DNA of 64,000 nucleotides from Carpediemonas membranifera BICM (lineage: Eukaryota > Protista > Fornicata), in NCBI GenBank assembly GCA_019828565.1, contig JAHDYR010000016.1, positions 124,001-188,000 on the forward strand. Reading direction: 5' to 3'. The stretch's first letter is position 1. Every line of letters begins with the position of its first letter. The notes beneath the pieces were generated by a model. It made no database searches and was not told where the DNA came from. It saw only the letters and a list, made by a program, of their open reading frames with translations. Both the position numbers and the translations under genes were made by a program. Below, in pieces: positions 10,297 to 20,924 of this stretch.

Positions 10297-11181
10297 TCAA
10301 GCCTCGCTCTCGTCCCCCGACTCACTGCCCTCGCCTGCATCAATCAGGTCATAGACACGCTGTGCCAGCTCCCTCAGATATCTCCTGTTCTTGCCCTGCT
10401 CCGACCCCGCCCCGATCTCTGCCAGCTCGCCCAGGCTCCACTGCTCGGCGTCGTCCTCGCGGTCCTCGAACACGGCCACGTCGACCCTACCCTCCAGGGC
10501 GGGGGTCATGAGGTCCTCATCGAACCGCTTAATGAGGCCCTCGCGGTCAACACGGAAGAGGTACTCGATCCACATGGCGAAGAGGTGTCGGAGGACATCC
10601 ACGGGGACGGGAACGTTGGCGTAGTCGATGGCGTCCAGGAACACGAAGATGACGTGCGAGAGGAGGTCAAAGGGCGTCTTCTTGCCGGCAAGGAGCGTGG
10701 CGATGTATGCATCAACCACGAGGGCGACCAGGTCGTCGTCGTACACGGTGACAGGCTTGGAGAGCTTCTTTGTCTTCTTGCCCTTAGGCTTCTGCTCGGT
10801 CGTCATCAAATCAATGGACAGCTCCGTCAGTTTGCGGGCAAGACCGAGGTACTTAGTCTTACGGTGCTTATCGACGGTGGGCCAGCGTTCAATGAGGCGC
10901 TTCCACCAGTATTCGAGGTAGAGGATGCCGTTCTGTCGGCTGGCAAGCTTGAGAGGGAGGTAGACAAGATCCATAACAACCTTGTCCTGGTAAGAGGGCT
11001 TCGCTGCATGCCAGAGATAGAAATCCAGACCGGCAACGATCTTCTCCATCTGGTTTTCCGGGATATCGTAGTTCACAGCCTCAAACAAGGTAGTAATGTC
11101 CGCAAAAGCGCCCTCGCGTACATCCTTGTTCAAAGACTTGAATCTCGTCTCCAGATCGGACAAACTCACTCCCTTGGCCAT
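10297..11181 (-). CDS. RRP1: Nop52/RRP1 rRNA processing protein
   Basis: GLDFYLWHAAKPSYQD and ERWPTVDKHRKTKYLGLARK resemble GLFYCMWxxDKP..Q and REWxxID..R..K. Confidence 0.8.
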   Translation of the reverse strand: MAKGVSLSDLETRFKSLNKDVREGAFADITTLFEAVNYDIPENQMEKIVAGLDFYLWHAAKPSYQDKVVMDLVYLPLKLASRQNGILYLEYWWKRLIERWPTVDKHRKTKYLGLARKLTELSIDLMTTEQKPKGKKTKKLSKPVTVYDDDLVALVVDAYIATLLAGKKTPFDLLSHVIFVFLDAIDYANVPVPVDVLRHLFAMWIEYLFRVDREGLIKRFDEDLMTPALEGRVDVAVFEDREDDAEQWSLGELAEIGAGSEQGKNRRYLRELAQRVYDLIDAGEGSESGDESEA

Positions 11182-11328
11182 GATCACACGTCTTCACCCT
11201 TGATCTCGTCATTTCCCCGCCACCCCAAGACCGCAAGACCGCCCCCAAGCAGGTAGTAGCCAATCCAGCAAAGCGTATTTACCTCATTCTTCTTCTCGAT
11301 TCCTTCTGTCGGGTCATTACCCGACGAA

Positions 11329-11991
11329 CTAAAGGGCGGAATCAATCTTCTTCACAGCGTACTCCAATAGAGGGGCGCCGATGAGCATGAACACAGCCAA
11401 TGTGAACATGAGTATGGTGACAGCAAGGAACAGTTTGAACCAGCGCTTGGCAGAGGCCCGCCTGGTCTTGTATGTAGCCACCTCCACGGCGAATTCGACG
11501 AGGTTGACTACAACACCGATGATGCCTGCTACCCACATGATGTTGAGCTGCTTGCTAAATGCGAGCCTGCTAATGAAATAGACACCAATCGTTATTGGAT
11601 AGAGGATGAAGGCAAGTATGGCGCCTGTCGCTAATATTGCAACGCGGTTGGACGCATTCAGTGCAGGGAACAACTTGTGGCGCATCTGGTTGAGCTGGTT
11701 GACTGTGGACGGGTCAGTGGGCTGGTGATGAGTGATCCTCGTGATGGCATGCACAATTGTCTTTGTTTTCGCTGCTGGTGTGAATTGTTGGGGCATTAGC
11801 TCATTAAGCTCCTCTATATGATCTGAATGGGTGCCAGAGTCGTCGTTTGTGGAAGACTGAGCCTCAACATCCTCGAAGTTCACAATGGTGGACTTCGAGC
11901 GTTCACGGCCTCTTTGTTCGTTTAATAGGCTCATGAAGCCCGGATGTCGAAGTATTTGATCAGTCAATGACGGATGGTCATGTTTCGGCAT
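11329..11991 (-). CDS. Hypothetical membrane protein (3 C-terminal TM helices)
   Basis: 220-aa ORF with three hydrophobic segments. Confidence 0.65.
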   Translation of the reverse strand: MPKHDHPSLTDQILRHPGFMSLLNEQRGRERSKSTIVNFEDVEAQSSTNDDSGTHSDHIEELNELMPQQFTPAAKTKTIVHAITRITHHQPTDPSTVNQLNQMRHKLFPALNASNRVAILATGAILAFILYPITIGVYFISRLAFSKQLNIMWVAGIIGVVVNLVEFAVEVATYKTRRASAKRWFKLFLAVTILMFTLAVFMLIGAPLLEYAVKKIDSAL

Positions 11992-12351
11992 GCTTCTTCT
12001 GGTCGTCTATCGTGGACCGGACAGGAAAGATCTGATGCTGTCCCAACCAGACCTAGATATTCGGTAAATCTGAAAAGGATCGACTCCGATGCATGCCTGT
12101 GCACCGTCTCGGAAACAATCTTTCGCCCCAATGCTGACTTACGCTGATTCGACCTCGTGGCCGAGCCGCAACTGAGGACAACCAGCCTCTGATGACACGC
12201 TCAGACAATACCCGACGCCTTCCTGTAAGTTCCTGCCTCACCCGGCTCGTGAGAACGCCGGACACCGAGCTCCTGTCTCAATTCCAGACTGTGACGGAGT
12301 CATTCATTTTCCTGGCAGGATCGATCTAATCGTTTTCGATTTATGTCGAAT

Positions 12352-12836
12352 TTAGTGGTCACAGTGCTGGAGGTACTCCTGGTAGTCGGCCTGGGTCATG
12401 AGGCCGTTGAGCTCCTCGAGATCGGAGATCTGGACCTCAGCAATCCAGCCGTTGAAGGGGTTCTCGTTGATCATGGCTGGGCGGGACTCTAGCTCGCTGT
12501 TTACGCCGGTGACAACACCTCCGACGGGCATGACGACATCGGAGGCGGCCTTGACGGACTCGACGGCGCAGAGGACCTCGTCCTTCATGACCTCGGCGTC
12601 AATCTCGGGGAGCTCGGCGTAGACGATCTCGCCAAGGTGAGTGGCGGCGTACCTGTGTTATTAAAACGAGTAGAACATACTGGGTGATGCCAACCTTGCC
12701 GACCTTGTCGTCAACATCGATGAACTCGTGCGTCTAGGTCAACGGCTGAACGGAAACAAACCTTAGTGAAGTACTTGGTAGAAGCAAAGCGAGCAAAGAC
12801 GTTGGCGTTGAAAGAAGTGCGAACAGCGGACAGCAT
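12352..12836 (-). CDS. GCSH: Glycine cleavage system H protein with mitochondrial-type presequence; introns 12653-12680 and 12734-12761
   Basis: Spliced product MLSAVRTSFNANVFARFASTKYFTKTHEFIDVDDKVGKVGITQYAATHLGEIVYAELP...AVESVKAASDV (lipoyl-Lys motif). Confidence 0.93.
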
Positions 12837-13083
12837 TACGACTTGTCAATTTTCGTTTCTTAGGGCGGAACGAAGAAAGAAGGAGACCGCAAGATATGCC
12901 ACGACTGAATCAAACATGGCTAACAGAGGCGTGCCGGGTGTCTGGTATAGCTGGTAGAAGTCGATCTGGTCGGCTGTTTTTTTCCGCCCGCCATGCCAGG
13001 CCTTGTCCTCTTTGCACAGTCATGACAACATCTGCAGATTGACCGCAGTATCACAGATACCGGAGATTTGGAAACATTTACTC

Positions 13084-14068
13084 TTACTTCTTAACAGCCT
13101 TCTTGGCGGCCTTCTTGGCATCGGTGGCCTTGTCAGCAACGACCTTGGTGACGTCAGCCTTCATCTGCTTGGCCTTCTGGCTCTTGTTGTAGAGCTCGAG
13201 GGCGCGCTTAGTCTGCTCGAAGGTGGCGAAGCTGAGGGCGGCGAAGGGGAGAACCTTGATGAGGTTGGCGGTGGTGCCCTTGTAGAAGCCAGTGGGGCCG
13301 GACTCCTTCATGATGACAGCGAAGGACTGGAGGACGCCGTGGTACTTCTGGGGGTAGATGGCCTGCATCTTGCGGACAGTGTCGAAGGGGTAGGAGATGG
13401 TCTGGGCAAAGGCACCGGCGGCGCAGCCAGCGAGGAGCTGCTCGTAGACCTTCATGGGGCGGCCGATCGAGTCCTTCCAGTAGTCCTGGATCATGTTGTA
13501 AGCCATGAACTGGCCGCCCTCGTAGGGGATGGTGCCGATGAGGGTGTTGGTCAGGCCAGCGAAGAAGCCCTTGAGGCCCTCGTCCTTGCCGATCTTGTAG
13601 AAGGCGTGGAGAACACCGTGGTAGACGGGGTTCTCGGCAGACTGGACGGTGAGGCGCATCTTGACGACATCGAGGGGGTAGGTGGCGGCAACGGCGGACA
13701 TGCCAGCGAGGGCACCGCAGACAAGCTTGCGGCCAGGAGTAAGGCGGCCGTTGGCGTCCTGGAAGTAGGGGGAGTAACGCTCGAAGGCGGTGAACTTCAC
13801 AGCAGAGTAGGGGGCAATGCGGAGAAGAGCAATGCCGTTACCCTTCCAGAGGCCGGCAACGCCCTCCTTGGCCATGATAGAGCGGATAGCATCAGCCATG
13901 CTGTCGTACTGGGAGCCAGTCTGGAACAGGATCTGTGTGAGAGCTCAGAGAAGCAGCACGCACCTTCACGACATCAAGAGGAGATGTGATAGTTCTGGAA
14001 ACAGCGCCAGCAATGCCGCCAGCAAGAAGATACTGGAAAGTAGTGAGAGAACCCTTGCTCTTTGCCAT
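13084..14068 (-). CDS. Mitochondrial carrier family protein (SLC25); intron 13933-13963
   Basis: Three PxDxx[KR] repeats (PLDVVK, PLDVVKMR, PFDTVRK); LLAGGIAGAVSRT; LWKGNG. Confidence 0.92.
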
Positions 14069-14890
14069 TTTGTGTTCTTCGAGTGTTCTTCGATAGTCTG
14101 CCGCGTTTTTTCCAGCAAAATATGCGGTCGAGATATGGCGTCTCTCGTGTCGCCTGCACATCAACCAGTCGACCAGACCATGGCTCAGCCTGTTGCGACG
14201 CTCTAGCTCCGGTTTTGTTTCAAAATTCGGCGAAATTTGCTTTCCCATCAACTTAAAGTGCCCTTGTATCGACTGACGCATGAGGTACAAATGATTGCGT
14301 GCGTGAGATAAGTTTTCTCGCTGAGTTGACTCAGTAGATAACGTCTTTTCCTGTTGACCATTGTTGACTTCAGTGTGCTGTGTTCGGCCGACCCAGATCT
14401 GAATGGTGCGGCACCCCCACGATCCCAACCCTGACCGATGTCTTGCGTGCGTGCGGCGATGTCGTTGCTTGAAGCGATTGCCGGCCACCTTGAGAAGATC
14501 CACGGCCTGTCTCCTGCGTGCGTGTGAACTTCACGAAGCCAGTCGCACCTCGCCAGCACCTCTTGTGGTGGTATCGACCTGCCATGGTTCCCGTAAATCC
14601 CAGACCCGATCGACATTGCCCATGAAGCAAAGGACCTTGAAAAGACCAGCAGACCTGACTCGCGTGACCCGGTCAAACTGCTCGATCACCACGGCTCGAC
14701 ATCATTCGTGCCGAGGGGAGCGAGGCGGGCACAGTCCATTTAGCCGATGACGAGATGATGGGTTCGCAGACCGGTTGGTGACTGCAGATCCTGATGATGC
14801 CATGTCTCGCTCATTTCCCGATTGAGCTGAGCTAACGCTCTACCCATACGGAACACAGCCCCCTCGCGCATTTATGTATTTATGCGTTTA

Positions 14891-15418
14891 CTAGAGGCCG
14901 GGCATGGGCCTGCAGGGGTCGACCTGACCGGTCACAGTGCACCCACCGCTGGAGAACTCACCCCAAGGCAGGAAGCCGCACGTGTACTCACCGTATATGT
15001 ACTCTGCCGCGATGGTCTTGCACCAGTTCATGCACTCGGCGTCAGACCCTGTGTAGGGGTTGCAGTCGAATTCCATGTCGTGGCCGCCGAGGCACACTGT
15101 CTGCTTCAGCGCAAAGGCAGGGGCCTGACCGGTCTTGCCGACGTACCCAGAGCCGATTACAGGGGAAGAAGTAGGAGCCTTGATGGCGATGGGGGCCTGG
15201 AAATCGTCGTTGATCTCACCACGCTCGTCAACACAGAATGTGCAGCCAGCGGGATCACCGCCGAGATAATTGCAGCGGCCAGTGGCGCCCTTTGGGAGGG
15301 AATGCTGGCAAGAGCAGAAGCAGGAGAACTCGTTGCCGATGTAGGGATAGCTGCTGTGGCAGTTCTCAGCGAACACCACAGCAAAGAGAATAAGCAGAGA
15401 AATAGCTGCCAGATGCAT
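14891..15418 (-). CDS. Secreted cysteine-rich protein
   Basis: Signal peptide MHLAAISLLILFAVVFA and many Cys residues. Confidence 0.75.
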   Translation of the reverse strand: MHLAAISLLILFAVVFAENCHSSYPYIGNEFSCFCSCQHSLPKGATGRCNYLGGDPAGCTFCVDERGEINDDFQAPIAIKAPTSSPVIGSGYVGKTGQAPAFALKQTVCLGGHDMEFDCNPYTGSDAECMNWCKTIAAEYIYGEYTCGFLPWGEFSSGGCTVTGQVDPCRPMPGL

Positions 15419-15635
15419 GGCTAAATGTCAGGAAAATGGTTGGCCGTCTGTGTATCTCTTAAGCTGCGAGAAATTGATTCCCCCAGGGTCGACTTGGCAA
15501 GGTTGTCCAGCTGGCCACTGAGCCGAGAAGCTTACAGTGGTTTATTCGGGCGACCACAATTTATGGACTCGTCACTTGTCACGCCGTCGTTCTCTGAGGT
15601 TGCATGCTGAGACAAGTGAGATATCGTCTTTATCG

Positions 15636-16964
15636 TTAATCCACAACGTACAGCGTATCGAATATGGCGACACCGCTCATAACACCGCCCTCGTCAACAT
15701 TCTCCGGCTTTGACCTGACAAGCATGCCAATCATTTGATTGACCTTGACTTCTCCATCAACTGCCAACACGCCAATGAACGGCCCGATCTCAGCCACCAG
15801 GCCGGCCTCAGCGACCTCACCGTCAGTCCCGACGAACCGACGCGACTCCACACGGGGTCGGATCCGTTTCATGACAATCCACGCGTCACGGTCGCCCTTA
15901 CCTGCGTACAGGTCTCTGATAGCGGCGCCGACCTCCGCACCAAACACGTTGTGGCCCCCGCCCTCCCGCTGGGGCTTCAGTACGAAATCTGCGGGGTGAG
16001 CGAGAACATCCTGGATGAAGGCGTCGGGCTCGGGGGGTAGGGCCCCCATGGGCGCAAACACCCGCCTCACACTGTCAGCCTCGTCCTCATCGAGTACCTT
16101 GGCGAGCAGGGTCTCGTCGCACAGGGCCTGCTGGACCTTCTTGGCCCCCACGAGCTGCATGGGCACGGTGGGCAGCTTGGCCGCCGAGGACTGCTCGATG
16201 GCCGCCCTGGCCGCCCACTCCCTGTCCGTGGGGTAGTCCTCAGGGCCGTACCCCGCCCTGAAGTAGACCATGTCGATGACGGCATCGTCTACCACCAAAT
16301 CACCGTCGAATATGGTAGCGTCGGCCAGCTGGGTCAGCGTGCGTCTCATGGTGCGCGCCCCGAGCTCGTTGAGCCCGATCTCATGGGCCCTCTGGTCGCA
16401 CCGGTTGGTCTCCCGGCCCTGGACCACGAACAGCACCGTCGGCCGGGCGACACCCGCCCTGGCCACCGCAGCGTCGAACATGAGCTGCACGGCGTCCCTC
16501 TCGCTGGGCAGGCGGACTGTATGCAGCTCGGGGTGGATGTACTGGTGCATGGCGTTGGCCCGCTCGGACAGGCAGGCCAGGCCCGAGGAGATGCAGTTGA
16601 GCTCGACCTGCTGGACGTCCCCAGTGTCCTTGTCGATGAAGTAGTCGGAGCGAAGGACGTTGACCTCGACACGCTCGTCGCGGGAGACGGTGTTCATAAT
16701 TTTGATGAGGCCGGCGGTGAACGGGTCCGCGGCAGCAGTGTCGGCGAGGATATCTGTCAGAAGAGGCCTGTTACGAGATAGATTCAGCAATATGTTGCCG
16801 AATGAAGGCGCTGTGTCCCGTATGATGTCCAACTCGCTCTGTAGAATGGGACATGGATCAATAGTGATCGCATACGGGAAGAACGACGTTCCCCTGATGC
16901 CGCCAATGGACTTGTTGATCAGATAGTCGCGAATATAGTCCAAATCGAACGTGCTTCTCGTCAT
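15636..16964 (-). CDS. GSS: Glutathione synthetase (eukaryotic type)
   Basis: LRSDY, QQVELNCISSG, YFRAGYGPEDY, QLVGAKKVQQ, FVLKPQREGGGHN, EGGVMSG. Confidence 0.93.
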   Translation of the reverse strand: MTRSTFDLDYIRDYLINKSIGGIRGTSFFPYAITIDPCPILQSELDIIRDTAPSFGNILLNLSRNRPLLTDILADTAAADPFTAGLIKIMNTVSRDERVEVNVLRSDYFIDKDTGDVQQVELNCISSGLACLSERANAMHQYIHPELHTVRLPSERDAVQLMFDAAVARAGVARPTVLFVVQGRETNRCDQRAHEIGLNELGARTMRRTLTQLADATIFDGDLVVDDAVIDMVYFRAGYGPEDYPTDREWAARAAIEQSSAAKLPTVPMQLVGAKKVQQALCDETLLAKVLDEDEADSVRRVFAPMGALPPEPDAFIQDVLAHPADFVLKPQREGGGHNVFGAEVGAAIRDLYAGKGDRDAWIVMKRIRPRVESRRFVGTDGEVAEAGLVAEIGPFIGVLAVDGEVKVNQMIGMLVRSKPENVDEGGVMSGVAIFDTLYVVD

Positions 16965-16981
16965 TGGTCTTCTCGCCAAAC

Positions 16982-17032
16982 TGAATCACAATTCGGCAAG
17001 CGATCTTTCGGCAGTGAATCACAATTCGGCAA
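16982..17032. repeat. 18-bp direct repeat TGAATCACAATTCGGCAA x2
   Basis: Exact copies at 16982-16999 and 17015-17032. Confidence 0.8.
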
Positions 17033-17064
17033 TTGTGGGCTGGGAGCCCGGCCGTGGCATTTTG

Positions 17065-17200
17065 TCTTTATACCCATCACCCTGACCATTGGTCTCGTCT
17101 CAATGAATCAGCCTCGCCAAAGTCGAGCCAATCAGCAGCGCAACGGGGGCCGGTACTCACGTATCACACCAGCACACACTCTCACACTGCATATCGCCAC
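17065..17200 (+). repeat. 136-bp dispersed repeat, copy 1
   Basis: Reverse complement of 22892-23027, with 2 mismatches by eye. Confidence 0.9.
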
Positions 17201-17269
17201 CGATCACCGCGCCCGGCAATCTGTTCAAGTCGATGAGGGTTAGAAAGAGGGGTCAGTCGCCCCCATTGG

Positions 17270-17862
17270 AGGCGTTGTAGACCCGGCAGTTACCCTCAGC
17301 GAGTGCAACGGCGATGTCGAATTTGAGCCGGTGGATGTCCCAGCGACTCGGCGACTGTGGCAGATGCGCGACGAAGAGCCCGCCATTGCAGCGATCTCCT
17401 TGAGGAAGTTCAGTGACTGCCCAGCGATGAGGCCATCGGCGCCAAGATGGCATTTTGTAACGCGTTGGTGTCACCAAATGAGCAATGGACCAACGATTCA
17501 AAACAAGCTCTTTAAGAGACCTATATGACGCTGAAGCGATGGCGAACCTGGTTCAAGACTTCACCGAATACATCAACACGGGATACAACTTCAACAAGCA
17601 AGACTTGTGGAACTCAGTCCAGTACATCACTAGGCACGTACGATTCACAGAGATATGCGGCACGGATGCCATCCATACGATGATCGACGCCAGCATCAGC
17701 CGGGCAGGCTTCACTGCCAAGCAGCAGACCATCCTTGGCAAGTGGTCAGGACCAATCTACAGTCCAGAAGGCCCCGAGTACTTCCGCTACGACGGACCAG
17801 ACGACGTTGACCGCTATGGGGCACGGCGAGTGGGTATGGGTAGACTGGGTGGTAAATTTTGA
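17270..17862 (+). pseudogene. Probable frameshifted remnant of an unknown protein gene
   Basis: Protein-like segments in shifted frames (VEFEPVDVPATRRLWQMRDEE; DLYDAEAMANLVQDFTEYINTGY...) downstream of the repeat, opposite in strand to neighbours. Confidence 0.3.
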
Positions 17863-17907
17863 TATGGCATCAGTGCTTGTATACGTAAATGGCGCTAATG
17901 TGGTAAT

Positions 17908-20584
17908 TTACTCGGCGATGCCCATCATAGCCTGATAGTCCCCAAGGGTCGGCTTGCTGCGGCCCTCGGACACAGGTACAGGCTGGACGTGCCAGATATC
18001 GCGGGCATAGTCGCGGATGGACCGGTCGGAGCTGAAGAACCCGTTCCTGGCGATGCTGTGGAGGCACATGCGGTGCCACGACAACTGGTCAGCATATGCC
18101 TCGTCGATCTCACGACGGGCGCGGAGATAGTCCTCGAAGTCGTTGTTGAGCAGGTAGTAGTCGCTGCCGCGGAGGTCGTTGATGATGGGGAGCAGGTCAC
18201 GGGACTGCATGCCGAAAGCACCGGCCTCGAGGTCGAGTAGGATCTCGTTAATCTTCGAGTTGACCTTGGCGCCGTCGTGGTTTGCCGCACGGGCGTCGGC
18301 GACCTTGTCCTCGGTGAGGCCGAAGATGAACATGTGCTCGTGGCCGATGCACTCGCGGATCTCGATGTTGGCGCCGTCCATAGTGCCGATGATGAGAGCG
18401 CCGTTGACGGCGAACTTCATGTTGCCAGTGCCGCTGGGTAAGATTGGGATAAAAGGGTACTAACGAGGCTTCCATACCGGCTGTAGAGATCTGCTCGGAG
18501 ACATCGCAGCCCGGGATAATGGTCTCAGCGCTGGACACGTTGTACGAGGGGATGAATACGACCTTGAGCTTGTCCTCGATGGACTCGTCGGCATTGATCA
18601 CCTCGGCGACGGAGTTGATCAGCTTGATGATGAGCTTGGCCTTCTCATAGCCGGGGGCCGCCTTGCCGCCAAAGATGGAGACGCGGGGCATGACATGCTC
18701 GATCGACTCGCCACGGTGGACCATCGTCTTCAGCTCCTTGTACTTGTGGATCACTGCCAGGACGTTGAGCAGCTGGCGCTTGTACTCATGGATGCGCTTG
18801 ACCTGGATGTCGAAGATGGCCTCGGTGCTCACCTCGATGCCCGTCTTCTTCAGGATGAGAGCGGCGAGGCGCTCCTTGTTGGCACGCTTAATGTCAGCGA
18901 TTTGGGAGATGAAGTCGTCTTCGTCGGCGTGGTCGAGCAGGCGGGGCATGTATTTCTCGGGCTCCATGACCCACTGGGCCTCGCTGGTGACGACACCGTC
19001 GTTGACGAGGGTCTCCGTGATGAGGCTGGTCAGCTCAGGGTTTGCCTGACGCAGCCAGCGGCGGAACGTAACGCCGTTAGTCTTGTTCTGGAACTTCTCG
19101 GGCCACAGCTTGGCGAACGAGGCGAAGGTCTGCTTGCGGATGATCTCAGAGTGGATTGCGGCGACACCGTTGACGGCGAAGGAGCCGACAATGGCGAGGT
19201 TGGCCATGTGGATGTTGCCGTCCTTGACGATACGCATGGCGTGAACGTCGTCGTTGTTGTGCAGCTTCTCGTAGGCCATCTCGCAGAACCTGCGGTCGAT
19301 CTCGCAGATGATGTCGTGGTGGCGGGGCAGCATGTGCTGGATCATATGGACGGGCCACTTCTCGAGAGCCTCCGGCAGCACAGTGTGGTTGGTGTAGGCG
19401 AACGTCTTGATAACCACGCTCCAGGCGTCTTCCCACTCGAAGCCGTGCTCGTCGATGAGCAGGCGCATGAGCTCGGCGACGGCGAGAGTCGGATGAGTGT
19501 CGTTGAGCTGGATCGTGTAGTACTCATGGAAGCGGGACAGCGGCGCCTTGGTCGACCGGAAGCGGTTGATCATGTCCTGGAGGGAGGCCGACGTGAAGAA
19601 GTACTGCTGCTTCAGGCGGAGGCGGCGGCCGACATCAGTGCCGTCGTTGGGGTAAAGCACGGACGTGATGTTCTCGGTCTCCAGCTTGTCACGGACGGCG
19701 TTGAGGTAGTCACCGTGGTTGTGCGAGAAGAAGTCGAACTCGGTGCAGGGCCGGGCGGCCCACAGGCGGATGTTGAGGACGTTCTTCGTGCTGTAGCCGG
19801 GGCATAGCGTGTCGTAGGCGACGGCGCGGACGGGCATGTAATTCTCCCACTTGTAGACAGTGCGGGCAAGCTTCGAGTCGTAGTACGCTGTGGAGTTGCC
19901 GAACAGCTTGACCTCCCACTGGACATCATTGCGTTCGAGCTCGTGGGGGTTGCCGCGGGTCAGCCAGTATTCGGGCGTCTCAACCTGGTAGCCGTCCTTG
20001 ATGTCCTGCTTGAACATGCCGTATTGGTAGCGGAGACCGTACCCCCAGACAGGCAGTGACAGCGACGCGCAGGAGTCGACATAGCAGGCAGCGAGGCGGC
20101 CAAGACCACCATTGCCAAGGGCAGCATCCATCTCCTCCTCCTCGAGATCCTCGAGTTCGCCACCGAGACCCTGAACGGCGTTAGCGTAGGCTCCACGCTG
20201 ATCGTCCGATAGCATGCCGTTGGTCAGGGCACGACCCATGAGCCACTCCAGAGAGAGGTAGGACACCTGCTTGGTGCCGCGAGCGATGAACTCCTCCTGC
20301 GTGCGGTTCCAGCGATTAAGCAGGGAGGAACGGAGGGTCAGGGCAGTTGCCTGATAGAGACCGAAGTTGTCCACGGTGGTCTTGGTACGGCCAAGGGAGT
20401 ATTTGACGTGGTTCACAATCTCCGCCTGGAGCTCAGCGGGGCTCTTGTCCTTCTTGTCGTTGAATAGCGTGTGAACGTGGGGATCAAAGGACGCGTAGTC
20501 CTTCACAGACGCCTCCAGGTCGCGGGAAATGAGGGTAGGCGACATATCCTGGACATCTTCGTTATCGATGAGATAATTCGGCAT
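17908..20584 (-). CDS. PYG: Glycogen phosphorylase; intron 18434-18464
   Basis: ALGNGGLGRLAAC, QLNDTHP, YTNHTVLPEALEKW, KTNGVTFRRW, QVKRIHEYKRQLLN; EASGTGNMKF (PLP Lys) restored by a 31-nt intron. Confidence 0.96.
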
Positions 20585-20924
20585 TTCGTGCTTCTAGCGC
20601 TGAGATTCTGTCAGAATCGCGATTAAACTGCACAGAGTCGATCGACTCGATCGCTTGGGCATCGTAGGTCAATCAGACCTCGGCCGAGGGTCGTCCGCCT
20701 CATTACTTATTTATCGGACGATGAACAAAATTTTTGGGATCTGCCTGCATCATTGAGAATCGGATCTGAAGATATCAAATCGTACATAGCCAACTATCCG
20801 TTCCTCGCCGAAACACCCCACGCCTATAAACCTGCCGATCATCCCTCGGCGCCTTGTGCCTGACCAGTCGGCAGCCTCAACAATAACATATTTAGAGTGA
20901 ATCAAAAGGGTCATCCAATGACCC

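Noticed and set aside
14200-14880. Possible gene or transposon remnant in a long gap (also 38290-38970 and 60040-60740)
   Set aside because: No recognisable protein motif, terminal repeat or RNA family could be supported by eye.
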